From positions 128,001 through 192,000 of the forward strand of contig CAVPCR010000003.1 in NCBI GenBank assembly GCA_963702435.1: a stretch of DNA of 64,000 nucleotides, read 5' to 3'. Origin of the DNA: Candidatus Eiseniibacteriota bacterium. GTDB taxonomy: Bacteria > Eisenbacteria > RBG-16-71-46 > CAVPCR01. Under the pieces are notes generated by a model. That model had not been told where the DNA came from, did no database searches, and saw only the letters and a list, made by a program, of their open reading frames with translations. Below, one piece after another: positions 48,212 to 57,638 of this stretch (position 1 is the stretch's first letter; every line of letters starts with the position of its first letter). A program made the translations under genes and the position numbers.

Positions 48212-49306
48212 CTACGGGAGGAGCACCACCTTGCCGCAGTCGCGGTCCGGGGTCGTCATCATGTGCACGGCCTTCTCGACATCCTCGAGCGGCATCGTGT
48301 GCGTGATGACGGGGGTCGGGTCGAAGGCGCCGGACTCGAGGAGCCCCGCCATCTGCACCCAGGTGTCGAACATGAGCCGGCCGTTGATGCCGATGATGCG
48401 GGCGCCCTTGAAGATCACGTCGCGGCCGAGGTCGATCTCGATCGGGCCGGGCGGGATGCCGAAGGCCGTGAAGCGACCGCCCTTGGTCACTACCTCGAGC
48501 CCCTGGCGGATGGCCTCGGCGGCGCCGCTCATCTCGAGGACGACGTCGGCGCCGTGGCCATCGGTGAGGTCGCGGATCGCCTCGACTGCGTTCACCTGGT
48601 CCACGTGCAGGACCGAATCGGCGCCCATGGCCAGGGCGAGCTTGCGCGAGTACTCCTGCTTGATGGTCATGATGACCTGACGGGCACCCGAGGCCTTGGC
48701 GATCCCGATCGACCACAGCCCGATCGGCCCGCCGCCGAGAACGACGACGCGCTTGCCGACGACCGGCTCGGCGAGGGTCGCGTACACGGCGTTTCCGAGG
48801 GGCTCCATGATCGAGGCCACCTCGGGCTTCATGTCGGGCGGGTTCTTCCAGGCGCAGATCGCCGGGAGCGCCAGGTACTCGGCGAAGCTGCCCTGGATGT
48901 CGACGCCCAGGATCTTGAGATTCGCGCAGATGTGGCGCTGGCCGGTGCGGCATTGCGGGCACATCTCGCACGGGATGTGGCTCTCCGCGGAGACGAAGTC
49001 GTCGACGGCGAGACCGGTCACATCGCGTCCCACCTCGACGATCGTGCCGCACAGCTCATGGCCGACGATGATCGGCGGATGCAGGCGATGGGAGGCCCAG
49101 TAGTCCCAAGCATGGATGTGAGTGTCGGTCCCGCACACCGACGTCGCCCGCACCTGGATCAGGATCTCGCGCGGTCCGATCGTGGGGATGGGCGCGGTGC
49201 CCATCTCGAAACCGGGAGCGGGCTTCCGCTTCCACACCGCCCGCATGGTCTCGCGCGTCCCCGGCCGCCCTGCCTCTCGCTGCTTCATCGTTCCTGCCGT
49301 GACCAT
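48212..49306 (-). CDS. tdh: L-threonine 3-dehydrogenase (Zn-dependent MDR)
   Basis: SVCGTD.HI..WD.WA, GHE, SAESHIPC..C..C......C, EPLGNAV, GPIG, GINGR.MF.TW, CGKVVL; RBS GGAGGAG. Confidence 0.9.
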   Translation of the reverse strand: MVTAGTMKQREAGRPGTRETMRAVWKRKPAPGFEMGTAPIPTIGPREILIQVRATSVCGTDTHIHAWDYWASHRLHPPIIVGHELCGTIVEVGRDVTGLAVDDFVSAESHIPCEMCPQCRTGQRHICANLKILGVDIQGSFAEYLALPAICAWKNPPDMKPEVASIMEPLGNAVYATLAEPVVGKRVVVLGGGPIGLWSIGIAKASGARQVIMTIKQEYSRKLALAMGADSVLHVDQVNAVEAIRDLTDGHGADVVLEMSGAAEAIRQGLEVVTKGGRFTAFGIPPGPIEIDLGRDVIFKGARIIGINGRLMFDTWVQMAGLLESGAFDPTPVITHTMPLEDVEKAVHMMTTPDRDCGKVVLLP

Positions 49307-49376
49307 GGCACTCCTCCCCCGTCCTGCGGCTCCGCCTCGGCCGTGCGCTGCGCACAGCGACCGAATCCAGCCGCGG

Positions 49377-49405
49377 ATCATCGCACCGCGGCGAGAGGCT
49401 GTCAA
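49377..49405 (-). promoter_or_regulatory. sigma70 promoter TTGACA-N17-GATGAT for tdh-queE
   Basis: Perfect -35, extended TG, 17-bp spacer. Confidence 0.65.
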
Positions 49406-49474
49406 GAAAAGCGGGCGCGCGGCGTGGCGGGTCGCGTCACAACGGGCGCGGGCGCAGAGCGGGCCGCGGCGGCA

Positions 49475-50776
49475 TCACTCGACGACGCGGCCGACCGGCA
49501 CGCGCTCGCGCGCGCTCAGCGAGATGCCGAGCCGGAAGAAGCGCTCGCTCGCTCCGTTCTTCTCGCGGTCGCCGCGGAACCCGAGCTCGAGGGCGACCTG
49601 CACCATGCCGAAAGTGTCGGCGAACGGGAGGCCGGCGCCGGCGCTCACGACGTGCTCGTTGATCTCCTGGCCGTAGCCGTCCCGGAAGTACCAGGGGGTG
49701 TAGGAATAGCCGCCGCGCCACGGCATGCGCGCCCAGATGTTCCGCGTCTCGAGGGCGCGGTCGCGCTGGTACTCGGCCCCGATTCCGAAACGCGTCACGT
49801 CGCGCGTCTCGATGTTCGAGCGCGTGAGCAGTGGATCGTCTCCGAGATCCAGATCGGTCGATCCCCACCAGGTGTGGCCGATGTCGGCGGCCACCCGCCA
49901 GCGGGGGTTGAGGTCGTAGGCCGCGCCGAGGAGGAGCGCCGCCGGGAGGTGGAGATCCGCATCGGTCACCGAGCGCGGATCCTGGATGTTGCCCTTGATC
50001 TCCGAGCGGATGCCGATGTCGCGGCCGAAGGTGAAGGCGCCGCCGAGCCGCAGCCCGCGGCGCACGGTGCCCGCCACGCCGAGACGCAGGACGGGGCTCC
50101 GGTCCACATTCACGATGAGCGAGTCCCGCGTGTTCACGTACCCTTCGCCCGGCACGAAGGTGGTCGAGTAGATGTCGTTGTAGGAGCCGATCGGCAAGTC
50201 CAGATCGATGCCGATATCGAGCCGGGGGCGGATCCGGCGCGCGAAGCCGAACGTGAGCACGCTCAGCGCATCGTCGCCCGTGAATGTCTCCGTCACCGGC
50301 ACGCTGCCCGACTGGTCGAAGTTCACGAACTCGTAGTCGACGATCGTGTAGGGAGCGACGCCGAGGCCGAAGGTGCCGACGGTCGGCACCTCGACACCGA
50401 GACGGAACCAGGGGAAACCCGTGGAGTGGGCCGAGTAGTCCTCGCCGTTCCAGTCTGCGGTGCTCAGTCGCTCGAGGATCATCTCGCCGTGGACGACGAA
50501 CCCCCTGACGTCGGCGAGCGTGGCCGGGTTGGCCCGGCTCACGTTCCAGCGATCGGCGACGGCGACCGAGACCCCGCCCATGCCGCGCCCGCGCATGTCG
50601 GTCATGGGCGCCAGCTCGCCGAGCGCCTGCGCCGAGAAGATCGAGTCCGCAGCGGCGCCCGGGGCGCGCAGGACCGCGAGGAGGACGAGGAGGACGAGGG
50701 AGTGGAGGAAGAGGATCGCACGGTGGCGCGCGCCGGCCGCCGGCTCCCGTCGCGTCCAGTTCATGGGCATCAGCAT
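49475..50776 (-). CDS. Outer-membrane beta-barrel (FadL/PorV-superfamily-like)
   Basis: Signal peptide; SIFS...LGE......RGRGMGG.......NPA N-terminal plug motif; amphipathic strands ending E.FFRLGISLS..E. Confidence 0.75.
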   Translation of the reverse strand: MLMPMNWTRREPAAGARHRAILFLHSLVLLVLLAVLRAPGAAADSIFSAQALGELAPMTDMRGRGMGGVSVAVADRWNVSRANPATLADVRGFVVHGEMILERLSTADWNGEDYSAHSTGFPWFRLGVEVPTVGTFGLGVAPYTIVDYEFVNFDQSGSVPVTETFTGDDALSVLTFGFARRIRPRLDIGIDLDLPIGSYNDIYSTTFVPGEGYVNTRDSLIVNVDRSPVLRLGVAGTVRRGLRLGGAFTFGRDIGIRSEIKGNIQDPRSVTDADLHLPAALLLGAAYDLNPRWRVAADIGHTWWGSTDLDLGDDPLLTRSNIETRDVTRFGIGAEYQRDRALETRNIWARMPWRGGYSYTPWYFRDGYGQEINEHVVSAGAGLPFADTFGMVQVALELGFRGDREKNGASERFFRLGISLSARERVPVGRVVE

Positions 50777-50803
50777 CGAGAGAGTCTCTCCCCGACCGGC
50801 GGC

Positions 50804-52027
50804 CTAGAGCCGGACGCGCGGCGGCCGCGTGTAGGTGATCGCCAGCGCAGGATGCGCACCGGCCGATGCTTCGCGGGTGACGAACCCGAGGCGGTTGAGG
50901 GATGGATACTGCTGCTCGACCTTGAGCAGGACCCCCTTCTCGATCCGGGACCCGAGGGTGGAGACATCGAGAACGATCTCGTCGTCGGCGCCGGCCTTGA
51001 TCGTGACGCGCGCGAAAGCCAGCGTGCTGAAGCCGACCACCGGGAGTGGATCCAGGTTTTCGCCGGGCAGTGTCACCACCTCGTGCGCACCGATCGTGAC
51101 CAGCGAATCGGTCTGCCCCACGGACACCGATGCGGGATCGATCGCGAGCGTGAGGCGAAGCCGGTTGAGATTGACGTCGTCGCTCACCGCGTCGAGGTCG
51201 AAGCGGACGATCGCGCGGTAGTCATAGGGTCCGCCGATCGGGGCCGCCGGCTCGGACCCGGTGCCGGCCGCGACATCGGGGCTCACGCTGTACAGCGTCG
51301 CGTGCTCGCGGAGGGCGAGGCGGAGCGTGTCGGTCTCGCTGTCGAGCGTGTAGCGCACCTCGAGCGCGGGCGCCTCGAGCGTGTAGGGATCCTTCCCGAT
51401 GACGACGTCGCGAGTGGCACGGAAGCGCTTCCAGCCGCCGAGGCTGCGCGGGACGATGGCGATGCCGAAGTTCGAGTCGGGCTGGGCGACCCAGCCGGCG
51501 ACGATGGACGGGGGCACGGCGGCGGTGATGCGTGCGTCCGGCGTGTCGCACTCCGCGACGGCGAACAGGGATGGCGGCGACGTCGGCTCGTGGTTCGTGA
51601 ACGGCCAGCCCTGGCTCGGGTTGGTGAACCAGGTGGCGGCGGTGACGCGCTGGATCTCGAGATCCTGCTCGACCTGGTCGCCGTAGTCGCCCCCGGCGTC
51701 CGCGGAGAGAATGAGGCTCGCGCCGAGGATGGTCGCCGCCGCCGGCACCTCGAGCACCGTGAAACGGAGGAACGTCTTGGCCTCTGCCGCGGACGCCAGC
51801 TCGGGCTCGATCCCCGCCCACACCACATCGCCGGAGTTGCGCGTGGTCTGGAAGAACGTGTCCAGATCGGAATCGGGCACGACCGCGGTCAGCGCCCCGC
51901 TCGAATCCACGATGCCGGGCGCGAGATCGAAGCCGACCACCGGATCGCCGTCCTCGCCGCAGGCCGCGACCAGGGCGACGAGGGCCGCGCAGGCCGCCGC
52001 GAGCAGAAAGATCACTGGATGTCGCAC
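50804..52027 (-). CDS. Lipoprotein with beta-sandwich (DNRLRE/DUF4270-like) domains, co-encoded with the barrel
   Basis: RBS GGAGGTG, GTG start, lipobox LVAAC; LRF......ILGASL.L, V.GWV.....NFGI, P.L.V.Y repeated twice. Confidence 0.7.
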   Translation of the reverse strand: MRHPVIFLLAAACAALVALVAACGEDGDPVVGFDLAPGIVDSSGALTAVVPDSDLDTFFQTTRNSGDVVWAGIEPELASAAEAKTFLRFTVLEVPAAATILGASLILSADAGGDYGDQVEQDLEIQRVTAATWFTNPSQGWPFTNHEPTSPPSLFAVAECDTPDARITAAVPPSIVAGWVAQPDSNFGIAIVPRSLGGWKRFRATRDVVIGKDPYTLEAPALEVRYTLDSETDTLRLALREHATLYSVSPDVAAGTGSEPAAPIGGPYDYRAIVRFDLDAVSDDVNLNRLRLTLAIDPASVSVGQTDSLVTIGAHEVVTLPGENLDPLPVVGFSTLAFARVTIKAGADDEIVLDVSTLGSRIEKGVLLKVEQQYPSLNRLGFVTREASAGAHPALAITYTRPPRVRL

Positions 52028-52160
52028 GGAACGCGCACCTCCCGAGTGGCCCTCCGGGCCCCGCTTCCTGCGGAGCCCGACGTGAGGGCTCAAACGGTTA
52101 GCACGCCGCGAGTTGGGGGTCAAGGAGGGGCCGGCGCCGCAGGCCCGCGGCCCCGGGCGG

Positions 52161-54248
52161 TCAGCGCAGCCGCGCCGAGTAGATCGCGGAGAAGACCTCC
52201 TCGCCGGCGTCGCTCCGCGTCGAGAAGTAGTAGCGAAGGGTCTTCCCGGATGTCTCCGGAAGCGGCACGCCCACGGCATGGGTGCCGGGGGCCCCGGGGA
52301 TCGGGGCCATGGCGAGATCCTGCCAGCGGTCGTCCGCAGCAACGTGGAGATGGACCGGCTCCGCGGAGCGCGCATCGCGCCCCGTGCGCACCACGGTGAG
52401 CACCGGGGAGTCGCCGGCCTTCCAGTGCCCCGGCGGCGTGTGCTCGAGCGAGATGGCGGGCAGCTCGTCCAGGTTCACGTCGAGGATGAGACGATCCCCC
52501 CGCCGGATGTCGAGCACGCGATGGATCGGCGGCCCGCTCGCGCGCCGGATGGTGATTGCATGCACGCCCGGATCGAGCTCCACGTCGAGCGGGGTCTCCC
52601 CTTCCTCGACCCCGTCCACGAGGACCGTCCAGCCGCTCCTCTCGATGACCCCGTGCTCGCTCATCGCCGTCGTCTGTACCGTGACGAGCGTGACGTCCTC
52701 GACGTCACCGGCCCGAGCCACCGCCTGGCTCGTCTCGCCGGCCCGCACGAGGATCTCCTCCTCCCACCCGAAGCCCTGCGGGCCGCTGAACCGCACGCGA
52801 TGCCGCCCGGGGGCGACCTGGTCGAGCACCGCGGGCGCAGGCCCGACCGGTCGCTCGTCGACGAAGACCTCGACGCCGGCGATGAACGGCTCGGTCACCG
52901 CGCTCAGGGCGCCGTGCGTAGGCGCCGGAGGCGCGACGGCCCCGACGGACCCGACGGCCGGAGCGCCCCTGCCGTCGAGCGCCGTGAGCCCGCCGATCCC
53001 GCCGGTCGCCGGCGCGGCGTCGGCCCGCACCTGGACCCCGCGCGTCTCCGGCGGTTGCGCAGCCGTCCCTTCGTGGCGATCGAGCACCATGCGCATACCG
53101 GCGAGAAAGAGAAGGACGACCCCGATCACGGCCAGCACCAGACCGGCGTTGCGTGGGCTCAGGAAGGCCGGACGCGTCGCGCGCCAGCGGCGCGCGGGGC
53201 CATCGGACTCCGGAGCGGCGATCTCCGCCGCGGATCCGGAGGCCGGGGTCGCCGGCGACGTGAGCCACGACGGCAGTTCGATCGCGTCCGCGGGCCGGAC
53301 GTCGCTCGCAGAAGCGGCGGCCGGCGTGTCGTTCCGGATCTCGACGCGGGCATGCGGATCCGCCGCGGGCGCGAGCAGGTCGCCGCCGGCGAAAGGTGCA
53401 CCGCCGGCGAAAGGTGCACTGCCGGCGAAAGGTGCACCGCCGGGGACAGGCTCGCTACCGGCGAACGCCCCGGTGGCCGCAGCCAGCGATGCGACACCCT
53501 CCGCTCCGAGCACGGTCATCGCCGCGCAAGGTGCCGGCGAGGCGGGATCCACGTCGAGCGCGCCCGCACTCCTCGCCCAGGCCGCGCAGATGCCCACCAT
53601 CTCGCGCGCCGCCGCGGCGAGGCCGGCGTGCGTTGCGAGCTCGTATCCCCCGGGAATGACGACCAGGAGATCGCCGCTGCGCAGCGTCTCGCTCGTGACC
53701 TCGATGAGCGCGCGCGGGGAGCCCCCGAGCGGCGGTCGCGGGCGCTGATTGACCGGGGCGAGGAGCTCGATCTCCTCGCCGCGCCGGCGCAGGCAGGCCA
53801 CGCCCCCGGCGGCGATGAGATGCACGCGGTTGCCGTCGGCGATGGCCACGAGCGTCTCGAGCCCCCGCTCGGGAACACCGTCCTTGAGGAGCTCGTGATG
53901 GGCTGCCTTGAGCAGCGAGAGGATGGCGTGCACGACCGGGGGCGGTCCCGCAGCTTGCGGCACGGAGCCCGCAGGGCCCTGCCCCTCGAGCGCGCCGGCG
54001 ACCGCCGCCAGGAACTCGTCGGCCAGCCAGTCCGCGCGGCCCGTGCCGCGGGCGAGGGCGACGAACCCGCTGCCCGCGTCGGCGCGGGCGATCCACCCCG
54101 CGCCGCCGCGCGCGGCGGCGCGCACCGGCTCGGCCCCGCCCGGCCGCTCGAGTGCGGGGCTCGTGCCGGCCGGCGCCGTACCCGGAGCGGAGCCGGAGTG
54201 TGCGGGGAGCCTGTCCATCGGCATGGGCTCGGTCGAGGCCATCCTCAC
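52161..54248 (-). CDS. Membrane protein with degenerate PP2C/SpoIIE-like N-terminus, low-complexity linker, TM helix, two PEGA domains and an Ig-like tail
   Basis: PPLGG......EV....LRSGDLLVV..GG (PP2C-like, catalytic Asp residues not evident); VEVFVDE..VG.AP and VLVDG...GETP (PEGA). Confidence 0.65.
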   Translation of the reverse strand: MRMASTEPMPMDRLPAHSGSAPGTAPAGTSPALERPGGAEPVRAAARGGAGWIARADAGSGFVALARGTGRADWLADEFLAAVAGALEGQGPAGSVPQAAGPPPVVHAILSLLKAAHHELLKDGVPERGLETLVAIADGNRVHLIAAGGVACLRRRGEEIELLAPVNQRPRPPLGGSPRALIEVTSETLRSGDLLVVIPGGYELATHAGLAAAAREMVGICAAWARSAGALDVDPASPAPCAAMTVLGAEGVASLAAATGAFAGSEPVPGGAPFAGSAPFAGGAPFAGGDLLAPAADPHARVEIRNDTPAAASASDVRPADAIELPSWLTSPATPASGSAAEIAAPESDGPARRWRATRPAFLSPRNAGLVLAVIGVVLLFLAGMRMVLDRHEGTAAQPPETRGVQVRADAAPATGGIGGLTALDGRGAPAVGSVGAVAPPAPTHGALSAVTEPFIAGVEVFVDERPVGPAPAVLDQVAPGRHRVRFSGPQGFGWEEEILVRAGETSQAVARAGDVEDVTLVTVQTTAMSEHGVIERSGWTVLVDGVEEGETPLDVELDPGVHAITIRRASGPPIHRVLDIRRGDRLILDVNLDELPAISLEHTPPGHWKAGDSPVLTVVRTGRDARSAEPVHLHVAADDRWQDLAMAPIPGAPGTHAVGVPLPETSGKTLRYYFSTRSDAGEEVFSAIYSARLR
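53383..53443. repeat. Three copies of an 18-bp in-frame repeat encoding G(G/S)APFA
   Basis: C[C/T]GCCGGCGAAAGGTGCA at 53383, 53401 and 53419. Confidence 0.85.
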
Positions 54249-54332
54249 ATCCTTTCCCTGAGGTGCAGTCTCTCGAAGGCGTGGGGCGGGCTTGCGCCCG
54301 CGATCCCGCGCCGTCCGCTTCGTGCTGCCGGC

Positions 54333-55781
54333 TCACGCGGCGAGATCGTCTTCGCCTTCCGGCTCGTGCCCGCCCGGTTCGCCGGCGCGCCACTCCGGCT
54401 CCGGCGGGCGCACCCGGGCGAGATCGGTGCGAAAGAGATCGAGGCGATCGCCGAGGTTCGTCTCCTCGGCGTAGTGGAAGAACCGCCGCCACGAGGCGTA
54501 AGCGCGCGCCCGCTGCCCGCGCTCCTGGAAGATGCGGCCCAGGTGGTAGTGGATCGCGGCGTAGCGCGGATTGAGCCGCGCGCCGCGGCGGAGCGCCTCG
54601 ATCGCCTGCTCGGTCTGTCCGAGCCGGAGGCGGAGCAGGCCGATCGAGAGATAGATGTCGGCCGAGCGGAGCCCGGTGGCAAGGACGCGCTCGTACTCGG
54701 CGAGCGCGTCCTCATGGCGGTTGGTCCGGGCATAGAGGAGGGCGAGGCTGGCGCGGGCAAGCGGGAACTGCGGGTTGAGCGCGAGCGCCTGCTGGAGGCT
54801 CGCCTCGGCCTCCGCCGGCCGCTCGCTCTCGGCGTAGAGCAGCCCGAGCTGGTGGTGGAGGTCCGGATAGGAGGGCGCGTTCCGCACGGCGATCTGGAAC
54901 TGGGCGATCGCCTCCTCGATGCGGCCGAGCCCGGCCAGCTCGTAGCCCAGATCGATGCGGGCCCGCACGTGATCGGGATCGATGGCGAGCGCGCGCGCGA
55001 ACTCGCCGGCGGCTTCCTCCTCGTTCCCCTCGAGCACGGCGAGGCGGCCCATCTGCACATGGTAGGTGGCGACATCGAAGTCGGCGGCGAGCGCGGAGGC
55101 GAAGGCGGTCTCCGCCTTCTCGCGCGCGGCGAACGCGGCGTAGGTGAGACCGATGTAGAGGTGAATCGCGGAGAGGTTGTGATTCGGCTCGCGCGTCACC
55201 AGGTAGCGCTCGACGGCGACCGGATCCTCGAGCGCGGCCCCGTCGATGCCGTCGGCGGTCAGGAGCTTGCCGAGGAGCGGATCGGTCGCAACGAGCCGCG
55301 CGTAGAGGGGTCCTGCCTCGGCCGTGCGTCCGGCCCGGGCGCAGAGCAGGAGCCGCTCGCGATCGGCGAGATAGCGATGGCGGCCCGCGGGCGCGAGCCG
55401 TTCGAGGATGCGCAGCCCGGCCGCGCTGTCACCCCAGCGCCCGTAGGCCATCGCGAGATCGAGCGCAACGCCGGCATGCTCGTGAGGATGCTTGGGGGCC
55501 GGATCCCGGTCCTGAGCGGCCTGCCAGTGGGCGAGGGCCGCCTCGGGGCCGCGCACCCGCTCGAGCGCGTAACCGAGCGCGGAGGCCGCCGCCGTGTAGC
55601 GCGGATTCAGCGACAAGGCGCGCTCGTGGCGCTCGATCGCATGCTCGGGATCGCCCGCCAGGTAGAACAGGAGCCCGAGCCGGTGCTGGGCGTCCGCGTA
55701 GTCGGGATACTCGGCGGCCTGCGCACTCAGGGTGTCGAGCGCCTCCTCATAGGCGTCGATGAACAGGTCGATGCGCGGCAT
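54333..55781 (-). CDS. Multi-TPR repeat protein
   Basis: Repeated TPR signatures (YPDYADAQHRLGLL, ALSLNPRY, PSYPDLHHQLGLLY, ALALNPQF); TGATG coupling to the upstream gene. Confidence 0.85.
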   Translation of the reverse strand: MPRIDLFIDAYEEALDTLSAQAAEYPDYADAQHRLGLLFYLAGDPEHAIERHERALSLNPRYTAAASALGYALERVRGPEAALAHWQAAQDRDPAPKHPHEHAGVALDLAMAYGRWGDSAAGLRILERLAPAGRHRYLADRERLLLCARAGRTAEAGPLYARLVATDPLLGKLLTADGIDGAALEDPVAVERYLVTREPNHNLSAIHLYIGLTYAAFAAREKAETAFASALAADFDVATYHVQMGRLAVLEGNEEEAAGEFARALAIDPDHVRARIDLGYELAGLGRIEEAIAQFQIAVRNAPSYPDLHHQLGLLYAESERPAEAEASLQQALALNPQFPLARASLALLYARTNRHEDALAEYERVLATGLRSADIYLSIGLLRLRLGQTEQAIEALRRGARLNPRYAAIHYHLGRIFQERGQRARAYASWRRFFHYAEETNLGDRLDLFRTDLARVRPPEPEWRAGEPGGHEPEGEDDLAA

Positions 55782-56098
55782 CAGCTTGCGCTCGTCGCCG
55801 TGGGCCTGGTGATGCGTACCCAATGCTCTCCTCTGCGCTCGAAGCCGTCCACGGTCAGGACCACGTCCTTGACCCCGGCGATGGTGCGGAGGTCCCGATC
55901 GAGGACCTGGAGCAGCTTGAGATCGTCGTCGCCGGAGGCGATGGCCGGAGCCGGAAAGAGCGGGTTGCGGCGGAGCGCACCGCGCACGTAGGCGACGCCG
56001 TTCACGCTGCCGAAGTCGAGACGCCGGATGTCGATCCAGCGCCGGAGCAGGATGGCGCGGACGTGCTTCGTGATGACGAGATCGCGTGCTTCTCGCAT
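55781..56098 (-). CDS. Small BON-like hypothetical protein
   Basis: D..I...VR..L.......L....VNGVAYVRG...L..IAGVKDV pattern; RBS GGAGGGAG. Confidence 0.6.
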   Translation of the reverse strand: MREARDLVITKHVRAILLRRWIDIRRLDFGSVNGVAYVRGALRRNPLFPAPAIASGDDDLKLLQVLDRDLRTIAGVKDVVLTVDGFERRGEHWVRITRPTATSAS

Positions 56099-56357
56099 TG
56101 ACTCCCTCCCCGCGCCGCAGTCGCGGCGCCGGCCGCTTGTCTCGATGCGGGTTATCGGCGGCCGCAGTGGGTGTCTTGAGCGGTGGCCGGGCGCCGGGCG
56201 GAGCCGGAGGCGGGGCGGGAGGCCGGCGGGGGCCGATCGCGGCGCCGCGGCGAGCGGGATGGGACGGGAGGACCGGGGCGAGCCCCGGCTCTGACCTTGC
56301 GCCTCGGGCCACGGATCGAAGCCGGCGCCCCGGGGGCCTGCGGGCGGCCGCCTGGTC

Positions 56358-57638
56358 CTAGTGGCCTTCCTCGCCCGGGGCCTCGAGCACCTCGCCGGAG
56401 GCCACGAAGCGGGAGGCGAACTGGTTCTCGGTGACGTTCGATCCGATGCGGACGTTGCGGCCGATGACCGCCCCGGCCGGGATGCGAGCGTGCTTGCCGA
56501 TCACGCTCAGACCCGAGGAGAGATGCTCGGGACAGCCGCGATTGGGGACCATCGCGTCCCCCTCGCCGATCCGCGCCCCGCGCCCTACGTGCACGCTCTT
56601 GTCGATGATCGTCCGATCGACGTGCGCGCCCGGACCGATCCAGCTTTCATTGAAGAGGATCGAGCGCTCGACCACCGCCCCCTTCTCGACGACGACGCCG
56701 GGCGAGAGCACCGAGTCACGCACCTCGCCGTAGATGATGCAGCCGTTCGAGAGCAGGCTCCGCTCGGCGCTCCCCGCTCCGACGAAGCGCACCGGCGGGT
56801 AGTAGACGTCCCGCGTGTGCATGCGCCAGGCAGGATCGTAGAGATCGAGACTCGGCTCGTCGGCCGCCAGATCGAGGTTGGCCTCGAAGTAGGTGTCGAG
56901 CGTTCCGATGTCCTGCCAGTAGCCGCGGAAGGGATGGGCGAAGACGCGGGCCCGCCCGATCATGCTCGGCAGGATGTTCTTCCCGAAGTCGTGCTGGGAG
57001 CGCGGATCGGCCGCGTCGCGCATCAGCTCCGCGGCCAGCACCCCCGAGCGGAAGATGTACACGCCCATCGAGGCGGTGTTCGTGCGCGGGCGCTCCCGCG
57101 GCTTCTCGATGAAACTCGTGGCCGAGCCGTCCGCCGCCGTCTCGACGATGCCGAACTGGCTGGTCAGCTCCCAGCGCACCGGGAGCACGGCCACCGTCAC
57201 GTCGGCCTGACGGCTGCGGTGGAACTCGTACATCTCGGTATAGTCCATCTTGTAGACGTGGTCCCCGGACAGGATGAGCACGTCCTCGGCGTTGCGCCGC
57301 ATGATCTCGCCGAGATTCTGATAGACCGCATCGGCGGTGCCGGAGTACCACTTGCTGTCTAGCCAGCTGTGGTGCGGTTGCAGGAGCTGGATGCCGCCGT
57401 GGCGCCGATCGAGGTCCCACGGCTTCCCGATCCCGATGTGCTCGTTGAGCGACTGCGGTTTGTACTGCGTGAGCACGCTCACGTCGAGAATGCCGGAGTT
57501 CACGCAATTGGAAAGCGTGAAGTCGATGATGCGGTACTTGCCGGCGAAGGGCACCGCCGGCTTGGCCCGCTTGTCCGAGAGGACGCAGAGCCGGCTGCCG
57601 ATGCCGCCGGCCATGATCAGCGCGTAGCGCAGCGTCAT
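56358..57638 (-). CDS. glgC: Glucose-1-phosphate adenylyltransferase
   Basis: MAGGIGSRL....[67 protein letters not shown]. Confidence 0.95.
   Translation of the reverse strand: MTLRYALIMAGGIGSRLCVLSDKRAKPAVPFAGKYRIIDFTLSNCVNSGILDVSVLTQYKPQSLNEHIGIGKPWDLDRRHGGIQLLQPHHSWLDSKWYSGTADAVYQNLGEIMRRNAEDVLILSGDHVYKMDYTEMYEFHRSRQADVTVAVLPVRWELTSQFGIVETAADGSATSFIEKPRERPRTNTASMGVYIFRSGVLAAELMRDAADPRSQHDFGKNILPSMIGRARVFAHPFRGYWQDIGTLDTYFEANLDLAADEPSLDLYDPAWRMHTRDVYYPPVRFVGAGSAERSLLSNGCIIYGEVRDSVLSPGVVVEKGAVVERSILFNESWIGPGAHVDRTIIDKSVHVGRGARIGEGDAMVPNRGCPEHLSSGLSVIGKHARIPAGAVIGRNVRIGSNVTENQFASRFVASGEVLEAPGEEGH

Noticed and set aside
48131..55991. Very long plus-strand ORFs (48131..52399, 52113..55991) and similar ones (5279..7444, 8399..10426, 42486..44753, 57965..60286)
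   Set aside because: Antisense shadows of recognisable minus-strand genes. High GC and codon bias remove stop codons; the translations are Arg/Gly/Ala-rich with no motifs.
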